Shown here: positions 13,549 to 22,229 of the stretch, one piece after another
How the letters are laid out: every line of letters begins with the position of its first letter
How positions within the stretch are numbered: position 1 is the first letter of the stretch
Source: Tubulanus polymorphus
Lineage: Eukaryota > Animalia > Nemertea
NCBI RefSeq assembly: GCF_964204645.1
Contig: NC_134026.1
Location: 4,487,950-4,551,949 of the forward strand
DNA length: 64,000 bases
Reading direction: 5' to 3'
Notes under the pieces: model-generated
Seen by the model: only the letters and a program-made list of their open reading frames with translations
The model's database searches: none
What the model was told of the DNA's origin: nothing
Made by a program: the position numbers and the translations under genes

Positions 13549-13737
13549 GTTGTCGAATAAACACTATAATCCGTGTAAACTGTAGATAAATGAAGAAATC
13601 CCACACTTCGAATTTGAAATTATACTGGACATTCCACCTGATGATGGCTGTTAGTCAACTGCTGAAACGTTGTGGTTTCGTAATAATAAATTTGATAGTA
13701 TAATTTCAAATTCGAAGTGTGGGATTTCTTCATTTAT
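13549..13737 (+). mobile_element. Truncated Penelope-like element terminus with inverted tail
   Basis: Flanking direct repeat atatgacaagga (13537-13548 / 13736-13747); perfect 41-bp inverted repeat (13586-13626 / 13697-13737) enclosing a hammerhead core and AATAAA (13685-13690). Confidence 0.75.
13634..13675 (+). ncRNA. Minimal type I hammerhead ribozyme (HHR1)
   Basis: ccac-CTGATGA-t-ggctgtt(agtc)aactgct-GAAA-cg-TT-gtgg: stem I ccac/gtgg, stem II with one mismatch, palindromic AACGTT stem III, cleavage triplet GUU. Confidence 0.8.
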
Positions 13738-14404
13738 ATGACAAGGATTCACAGACAGGGCATACTGGTCAGACAGGCATACTATCACAATTAGATTTGG
13801 TCAATTTTTGTGCACCAAGGCATTCAACATCTATACGTCAACTACGACAAGACGCGGTACGAACAGAATCGCCATCAACGGGTAACACTGATTAGCGTCA
13901 ACAACCGACAACAAGCGTCAATAAGCGTTAAAACGGGTCCGGTGCATCAACAAGCGGCAATTCATATTAGCATTTTAGATTACAGGTTTTAAGAAGATTT
14001 TGCAATGTCCACGGGGCGCAATAATTCAATTCAATAAAACTTTATTATACAGTTGTATCCATATCTTCCATGGGACAGGCAACCAGTCTTATATCCATCA
14101 GGATTGAGATATGACGTCATCGTTCATTAGATTGAATCCTCGGAATGGAATTTGGGTTCGTTGAGAGTCCGACGTTTATTCGACGTTTGTTCAATTTCAT
14201 TAATATTCCGTCAGTACAGAGATACAACATTGATACAGAAGTTCAAAAATTCATTTCGTTAGGCTGTCTATTAAAACACGATAGTGAATTGATTCATGTA
14301 CGACAGGCAAACAGCATCGTATGGACATCGTATTGATCGTATGCCTGTCGAATGCCTTATCGGGGGGGGGGGGGGGGGGTTCAGGTCATTCATTGACACC
14401 TGCA

Positions 14405-14590
14405 TAGATGATGATGAAGAGTAGGCAGATCTAGATGATGATGATGATGATGATGAGGAGGCAGATCTAGATGATGATGATGAGGAGGAGGAGGCAGAAC
14501 TAGATGATGATGATGAGGCAGAACTAGATGATGATGACGAGGAGGCAGAACTAGATGATGATGATGATGATGATGAGGAGGCAGAACTAG
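14405..14590. repeat. GAG/GAT-rich minisatellite, right part
   Basis: Same unit as 13242-13465. Confidence 0.9.
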
Positions 14591-14793
14591 TGTGATTTAT
14601 TTAAATTGTATCCATACACATGTAATACATACCATTAATGTGTGTAGCTGACTGTGAAATCAGTTCTATATCAGATTCTAAAACTCCCCAGCAATGATTG
14701 ACACTGAAATGAAAATAACAGATTTTTCAATTTATCAAATTCATGACATAAACTGTTGAAATTCTGTTGTCATACACATACCAGTTATCGTGT

Positions 14794-15693
14794 GGAGTTG
14801 AAAAATGTTCAGGACCAGAGTTCAGTTTATCTTCTAACAGACTAAAACTAAATGTAGAATCATTATAACGGTTATTGAATATATCTCCAGCAAGTATCTG
14901 TATACATCTTCAGCTCACTTCACACACAGCTATAGATCAGAGTTCCTTACAGCGACCACTGAATCAACCTAATCATTACAACTGAAATAATGATAACAGA
15001 TTCTATATGAATACATATGAAGCAGATCTGAAACCAAAGTGATAGAAAACGAGAAAGTTGTAAAATGTTTTCTGACGCAGTTTGATTTGTGTCAGATTGT
15101 AACTGTAGAAGTTTCACTCATTGTTTCAGTCTAATAGAGATATAACTGATGTACATGTAACACTGACTGTGTAACACTGCAGTCATTTATTCAATTATTC
15201 CTCAGTTTGAAGAATGTTTGTTCTCTCATCTTCATTAGCGATAAGAATCATTCGCATCCATGTAACTACAACATCGTAACATTTCTACTTATTCAATCAT
15301 AGAGGGAATGAGGAGTATGGCGCTTGGGTATGGAATGAGACAGAGTATGGGAGTTGACACGTTAGGGGAGGATAGGACAATGTGATAAGGTAAGATCAGG
15401 TTGGATGATGCAGGGTTGTTTGATATGGCTGGATTAGATGATCAGTTTAATATAGAACTGTTTGGGGTTGGTGTATGTGGTAGTGTACGATGTATAGTTA
15501 GGGAGGTGTATGATAATGGAGAAAGGTTGCTGGTAGTGGGCGGTACAGGTGTGATGCTGGTGTGGTATGTGTAAGGTAGGGGGCGGTGTGTGTAGAGTGT
15601 TAAGGATAGAGTAAGGTACAGTTAGAGTAATATGAAAGTGTAAGTTTGGGTAATGCGGGGTCAGGATGTTTGGTGTTGTTGAGGTGAGGGTGA
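14794..15693. repeat. Left arm of ~900-bp long inverted repeat
   Basis: 14794-15548 is the reverse complement of 19063-19825; 15549-15693 is the reverse complement of 17749-17891. Confidence 0.9.
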
Positions 15694-16273
15694 GGTCGGG
15701 GGTGGTGTCTGTGGAAGGTACGTGATGTGATATAAGGGGTGGAGCTAGGACAGTACAGAGTGTGATGAGTGATTGATGGGGTCGCTCCATCTCTCAGCCT
15801 CCTCCAGGCCACTACCTTTAGACATCTCAATGCTTCTCCAACCCTCCCAATCCCTCAAACTACTCCTCAATTCCATGTGAAATACTAGGAGACGATACCT
15901 GCAAGATATTGAATATTAAGACACCATCAAAACAATGACAAATCAGTAAAAGTATTTTATATGTGTGTCACATGATTCATTTTAAGAAGTGAACGATTCA
16001 TGAAGCAAATGACGGCAAAATCTTCTGATTCACAAATCTCTGAATAGTTTTTACCAGACTACAAGCTTTACAAATAGCAAACTGATGAGAAATAGACTCT
16101 GAACCCACAACACAATTATTCAAGATTTTCTGTGAATTATTTCTTATATTTGTCACGTTACGCCCAGTGATACATGAAATTCAGCACCTCCTCTCTCTTT
16201 CACTCTCACTCACTCTCTCTCTCACTCTCACACACTTTCTTATTTGCCATTTTTTGCAAACATTTTTAAGCAC

Positions 16274-16542
16274 GTGAGGTAGGAATAGACCACTGCCAGT
16301 AGTGGACTACCCTTTGGAACCCACTTTTGTGCTTGGTGGCTTTAAGCTCACCTTTCTTGAGTTGAGGTAGGAATAGACCCCTGCCCGCCATCTAGGCCAG
16401 CAGAACACTAAACCTTCGAATTGCTCTCGGACCCCACTCTTTATATTTTTTCTTTTTTTTTAGGCGAGGTAGGAATAGACCCCTGCCTGCCATCTAAGCG
16501 TGCAGGACTCTAAACCTTCGAATTGCTCTCGGACCCCACTCT
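16274..16542. repeat. Three related hairpin units GAGGTAGGAATAGACC...ACCCCACT
   Basis: Copies at ~16274-16325, 16364-16440 and 16466-16542 with conserved ends and variable internal stem-loops. Confidence 0.85.
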
Positions 16543-17419
16543 TTTCATGTTCTTTCTTTTTCTTATGGCTCTCTCTCTATCTCTCTCTCTCTATCTCTCC
16601 TTGCTCTGTATCAGTACCACCCGGCAGTAAGTGAATATAAAGGAAATATAGTAATTGAACTGGGTTTGAATCCATCTCTCAATCAGTGCTTTAACAGGGT
16701 CGCATCTAAGGAATGAAATCCACTTGCCCGGGGGGCAAGCATATCTGAAATTTTGCTTGTCCCCTACAAAAATTACTTGCCCTACACAGGCAGTCCAATT
16801 GGTTGCACTATCATCTGTTGTATCGAGTGGAAAAAAGCTTTTTGTGACATAAAACTGCACTAGGGCAGTGGTTCACTGTAGTCAATCACAATCATATCAT
16901 TGTTTGATGATATTGTGTATTTGCAGTGACATTTGTTCAATGAAACAAGTTTTAATTCCTAAATGAATCGATGAATTCAATCTTCAATAGCATCATTCTC
17001 GATGTATCTCATATAGAGATTGTGGAATAGTAAGCGCGGGAAGGAGGAAGGAAAGGAGGTAATGCCAGTCCGGACTGGACCACTTTCTCTGAATCATATT
17101 ACCCTACCCCAACATCACCCAGGCTGTACTGTCCTATCACCATCCATGTCACCATTTCCAGACATATATACACAGACAAATAAGACAAAAACCGAATTCT
17201 ATCTGGAGATTTCTATATAAAGAAGTTATGGGGGGGACTTTCTACTGGTGAGTGAAACGCCAAGAGCATCACTCACCTTTGTTCAAATCACAAATTGTGG
17301 TTCCATCTATTACCCACTACGTAATCAATGAGTGTGACTCTAATCAAATAATCTTAGGTCAACTGGATCACACGGATCAGACCTGAATCCATTTTTCAAA
17401 ATTTGTCACTTCGTCTGTT

Positions 17420-17645
17420 TGATTTTTGGTTCTAACTGATTTTGGTTCTAACAATGATCTAACATCTTAAGACCAGTCTCAGCTCATTTTGGTTCTATTG
17501 CCAATCTAACAACTTAAGACCAGTCTAAACTCATTTTGGTTCTAAAGCCAATCTTACAACTTAAGACCAATCTGAACTCATTTTGGTTCTATAGCCAATC
17601 TTACAACTTAAGACCATATTTTTAGTTCTTTAGCCAATCTAACAA
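17420..17645. repeat. ~54-bp tandem repeat (tcattttggttctatagccaatctaacaacttaagaccagtct core), about 4 copies
   Basis: Directly visible diverged tandem copies. Confidence 0.85.
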
Positions 17646-18420
17646 GACTGGTCAAATGATTTTAAAAGCCCATTCTCTTAAGTATAACTCAAAAATAATT
17701 TTCCAAATTTGCCACTTGGACACTTGACATGGATAAATTCTACTGAATTCACCCTCACCTCAACAACACCAAACATCCTGACCCCACATTACCCAAATTT
17801 ACACTTTCGTATTCCTCTAACTGTACCTTACCCTATTCTTAACACTCTACACACACCGCCCCCTACCTTACACATACCATACCAGCATCACTACTACACA
17901 TCCTCACTCGCCAGGGTCTGGTTGCTTTCCACTGAAACTCACAAACACTGATGAAACTTCCTTCATAGGTCTATAAAGCTAAGCATACTTCGACAAAGCA
18001 ACTAGAGACAACTAGTTGCTAGTGAGCGAGTACCCATCTAATGAAAACCAGCAACTGCATGGCTCATGCCGGTCGCTAGGTCCATAGTGCACACACATCG
18101 ACAGCATCTGAGATGTTTTATCTAGCAAATATTCTCAAGGCATCTCAAGTCATGTGACTCGTTGCTTTGTTTTAGTCAGTTACAACCATGTGTTTTTGAT
18201 TATGGAGGGTTCACATCGATGGATATGACAGTAACTAAGTACAACTGGTTGCTCAAAAGTAGAACATGAGCAACTGGCTGGAACTGGAGATAGATGGACG
18301 CTAACCAATCGTGAGCTAGCTCACACTGATTGTATCCAGCCAGTTGCTCTCATGTGCCGAAACTGCCCGGCAACTAGTTGTCTCCAATCGCAGTGTCGAT
18401 GAAGGCTAGACCACTTTAGA

Positions 18421-18657
18421 CCACTGCCAGGGGTCGGGCGGATGGAGAGTGGGTGAGTTGCCGTGTGGGCAGAATGGTCACTGCCAGGGGTCGGGCGGGT
18501 GGAGAGTGGGTGGGTTGCCGTGTGGGCAGACAGGTTACTGCCAGGGGTCGGGCGGGTGGAGAATGGGTGGGTTGCCGTGTGGGCAGACAGGTCACTGCCA
18601 GGGGTCGGGCGGGTAGAGAGTGGGTGGGTTACCGTGTGGGCAGACAGGTCACTGCCA
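18421..18657. repeat. ~57-bp G-rich tandem repeat, 4 copies
   Basis: cactgccaggggtcgggcgggtggagagtgggtgggttgccgtgtgggcagacaggt unit repeated. Confidence 0.9.
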
Positions 18658-18865
18658 AATACAATGATTTCCTGTGATGTTGTTTTCCCGATCCAGAACT
18701 CCGTATTCTCCGCTGCTGACATCAACTTATCCTTTATCAAAGTTTATTGAAGGATATTTGCCAACAGTAAAACATGTACACCTCATTGTGACTGGCATCA
18801 CTGGTGGTCGATAAGAGTTTTCGCTTACCGAGGGTCCAACACAAGAATAATGTATATTTTCATAA

Positions 18866-18963
18866 TTTTCATTGGCTGGATAATTCCTGTTTTCATTGGC
18901 TGGATAATTCCTCTGTTTTCATTGGCTAGACAATTCCTCTGTTTTCATTGGCTGAATAATTCC
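18866..18963. repeat. Short tandem repeat ttttcattggctggataattcc, 4 copies (CCAAT on - strand)
   Basis: Directly visible. Confidence 0.85.
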
Positions 18964-19900
18964 TTGTATTCCAGCAGACCGAAGGATAAAGTTGCAGGCA
19001 GCGTTTGTGTAGACGTGAGCTTCAGCAGGAAGCAACCCGAGCCCTGGTGAGTGAGGATGCTACTGTACCACCCTCTACCAGCAACCTTTCAATCCGTTAT
19101 CATACACCCTCCGAACATACACACCGTACACTACCACTTACATCACTTACCCCCAAACAGTTCTATATTAAACTCATCATCGAATCCAACCACATCAAAC
19201 AACCCTGCATCATCCAACTGACCTTACCTCATCACATTACCCTATCCTACCCTAACTGTCAACTACACCATACCCTGTTCCATTCCATACACAAACCTCA
19301 TACTACTCATTTCCTCTATGATTGAATAATAGAAATGTTACGATGTTGTAGTTACACGGATGAGAATGATTCTTATCGCTAATGAAGATGAGAGAACAAA
19401 CATTCTTCAAACTGAGGAGGAATAAGTGAATAAATGACTGCAGTGTTACACAGTCAGTGTTACATGTACATCAGTTATATCTCTATTAGACTGAAACAAT
19501 GAGTGAAACTTCTACAGTTACAATCTGACACAAATCAAACTGCGTCAGAAAACATTTCAAAACTTTCTATTTTTCTATCACTTTGGTTTCAGATGTGCTT
19601 CATATGTATTCATATAGAATCTGTTATCATTATTTCAGTTGTAATGATTAGGTTGATTCAGTGGTCGCTGTAAGGAACTCTGATCTATAGCTGTGTGTGA
19701 AGTGAGCTGAAGATTGATAAAGATACTTGCTGGAGATATATTCAATAACCGTTATAATGATTCTACATTTAGTTTTAGTCTGTTAGAAGATAAACTGAAC
19801 TCTGGTCCTGAACATCTTCAACTCCTCTATCAATCAGTGGTATGAATGAACACATAATTCTAAAACTACTTATCTTATCCCTTCTGTGATTCATTCAGAT

Positions 19901-19997
19901 GCTCCTACGATACTCCTGCTGCTCCTACGATACTCCTGCTGCTCCTACGATACTCCTGCTGCTCCTACGATACTCCTGCTGCTCCTACGATACTCCT
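19901..19997. repeat. 20-bp tandem repeat gctcctacgatactcctgct, about 5 copies
   Basis: Near-perfect tandem copies. Confidence 0.95.
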
Positions 19998-21071
19998 CCT
20001 CTGATGCTCCTACAGCGTTGCGCTTGACTCAATCTTATTTCATACCACATTAAACAGGAATTGTGCCTGAAATAAAGAAAATTAGATTTCAATGTGGTAT
20101 CGGTTGATTGTAGACTATTCACAGATATCAGTTACACAATTGAATGAATGAGAGACAAACCTTTTCTAGAAGATGATTAATAGATCTCAACCTAGTTACA
20201 GTCAGTGACGGGGGGGGGGGGGGGGGCAGTTTATATTGTTGTTTTTAATTGATTCAAACTGACCGTTGAAGGAAGGATTGATTGATGAAATCTGTTGTTT
20301 GTATCTGTAACAATAAGAAAAGGAGGTCACTGTAAGTATTACTGGTAATATTCACCACAATATAATCTGTAACCAGTAAACGATATTTTAGTTCATTCAT
20401 CACAACTGGCTGTATACTGCTGTTGTTACTGTTTGTGTCGAACTTCGATCTACACACAACAACTAAAGTTTTTTTAGCAGAATGATTGCACTTGCCGTTT
20501 TCATATTATTTGTTTTGAACATCAAGCAGGTCAAACTTTCACATTTTCTCCCTGATAGTACGTACGGGTACACAGCACAGGCGGCGAGGTGCGGACCACC
20601 GACGCCGCACCGAACCGTGACGACACACGTGATGTACTTCAAAAACTACTTTGAATATAGTTTGGCGGCGGGTCTCAGGTCAGTTTTAGAGTCGGTGTTT
20701 ATTGTACCGGCATCTCCGGGTTAATACTGAACTGTTAACTTAATACATAGATATAATTCAAGGATAAAAAACTGGAAAAATTCCAAGACTTACCAAATTT
20801 CAATATGGCGGGTCACGACTCCACGACGGAAGTGATGACTCGCGGATTTTCCATGCATGTGCTGTTACAAGTTAAGATCATTTGCCGAGCTACAGATTTA
20901 TTTTCGTATTCGATCTGATTTATTTGGTGTAAGAATTACATAATCATGATTAAAACTGACCAGTGTAATCACGCACGTGGCTCGATCAAGGCATCATTGC
21001 ATTGCTTGCCAGGGTTGGTTGCCTCTGCTACCGGAGCTTTCCGGATACCACCGATGATTTTACTCGCGTCC

Positions 21072-21175
21072 CATCCTCGCTTGCCAGGGGTCCAGTATCA
21101 CTCCCGAACTCGCTTCCACCAGTTCGGGGAACAGCTTTAGCGTAGTGGGTTCGAATCCCTTGACGGGTGAAGATG
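21072..21175. mobile_element. 104-bp internally deleted copy of the 11765-12081 element, opposite orientation
   Basis: Joins reverse complements of ~12031-12081 and ~11765-11818; perfect 9-bp TSD ctcgcgtcc (21063-21071 / 21176-21184). Confidence 0.85.
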
Positions 21176-21252
21176 CTCGCGTCCCTGTGTACACGCAGAA
21201 TCCTCTCTAGTTGGTTTTATACCGGAGCCAACTCACGCTGGCCTAATTGTTA

Positions 21253-21419
21253 ACCGTCAAGTGCTGCCCCAGAATCAATCGTAGACGGTAAATGTGTGAA
21301 CTAACTTTTTACTCGCGTCCAACTAACCTTTTACTCACATGCCGCAGTAGGAATATTGTATCATATTGTTAGTTCGTATATTCACCGCTAATGATAAATT
21401 CACAGGCAGCACTAGACGG
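21253..21419. mobile_element. piggyBac-like MITE, family A copy 2
   Basis: TTAA-CCGTCAAGTGCTGCC ... GGCAGCACTAGACGG; homologous to 6799-6940. Confidence 0.65.
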
Positions 21420-21518
21420 TTCAGATCTGTAAACGTTGGGCCCGAAGATGGAAATTAAGTACCAATTATTGGTACTTAATTACCATCTTCGGGCCCAACG
21501 TTTACAGATCAGAACCGT
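21416..21518. repeat. Near-perfect palindrome, 51-bp arms, 1-nt centre
   Basis: acggttcagatctg...gtaccaat-t-attggtac...cagatcagaaccgt with 2 mismatches. Confidence 0.95.
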
Positions 21519-21544
21519 TTTTGCGTAAAAATTACGTTTATAAG

Positions 21545-21731
21545 CTTTATATGCCAAATATTACTAGGTTTTATCTGGTTATTACAGCTATTACAGCTTA
21601 TTACACTTTAATTACAGCGAATTACATTGAATTACAGATTTATGCCAAATATTACTGGTTTTATCTAGCTATTACAGCTATTACAGCTTATTACACCTCG
21701 ATTACAGTGAATTACATTGAATTACAGATTT
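21545..21731. repeat. Two-copy ~90-bp tandem duplication rich in attacag motifs
   Basis: atgccaaatattact...attacagctattacagcttattacac...aattacattgaattacagattt occurs twice. Confidence 0.85.
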
Positions 21732-21856
21732 GCGCAAAACCTTTCATTTCTCTTCAGAAAGTTGCTGTTTATTATAAACATACATGCATAGGCTATTTGA
21801 TGTATGCCTGTATAATGAATTGAGTTTAGGCCTATGGCTAAATAAGGCCATGAAGC

Positions 21857-22002
21857 CAGGGACTTTATTACAAATAACATGTAATATGAAAAAAAAGTTA
21901 ATTTTGGAACCCCATTTCAAGCCACAAATGTATAAGGCTCAAAATGGGGTCCCAAAATTAACTTTTTTTCCATATTACATGTAATTTGTAATAAAGTCCC
22001 TG
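21857..22002. mobile_element. Foldback MITE-like palindrome with CAGGG...CCCTG ends
   Basis: ~60-bp inverted arms with few mismatches around a ~20-bp spacer; no clear TSD. Confidence 0.65.
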
Positions 22003-22229
22003 AGCCACAAATGGAAAGCAGCAGAAACCCTAATAATCAACAGAATTACAGGAGGGTTTCTGCAAAAGCAGCAGAAACCCTAATAAAATGTACTTCGTCT
22101 CCTAAAACGTTGCAGGCGGGGCAAAATCTATCGGTTCTGGGTAAATGAAGGTTTGATAATCTATTTACAGGTAGGAGATCAACCGTAGCGTGGCGCCATC
22201 TGAAAAGCGTGTGCTAAATAGCATCAAAG

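Larger units (their letters stand above)
13466..14404. mobile_element. 939-bp non-autonomous DNA transposon with ~45-bp TIRs and 3-bp TSD (TAG)
   Basis: TGCAGGTGTCAATGAATGACCTGAACCCCC...GGCATTCGA at 13466-13510 is inverted at 14348-14404; TAG on both sides; removal restores the minisatellite unit aac-TAG-atg; subterminal gacaggca motifs. Confidence 0.85.
17899..19059. mobile_element. 1161-bp non-autonomous TIR element (CATC-end family)
   Basis: TIRs CATCCTCACTCGCCAGGG / CCCTGGTGAGTGAGGATG (17/18); flanks ctactaca / ctactgta; the uninterrupted left IR arm shows a single copy of the site (empty site). Confidence 0.85.
17749..19825. repeat. Right arm of the long inverted repeat, interrupted by a 1.16-kb insertion
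   Basis: Reverse-complement match to 14794-15693 on both sides of 17899-19059. Confidence 0.85.

Noticed and set aside
13179-13604. Poly-D/E, poly-S and poly-H ORFs
   Set aside because: Translations of a minisatellite interrupted by a transposon; not genes.
16275-16282. TGAGGTAG let-7-like seed
   Set aside because: The sequence after the seed does not resemble let-7 and lies in a local repeat.
18321-18750. Repetitive ORFs on both strands
   Set aside because: Products of the ~57-bp tandem repeat inside a non-autonomous element.
17420-19997. CRISPR-like arrays
   Set aside because: Head-to-tail repeats without unique spacers, in eukaryotic DNA with no cas genes.
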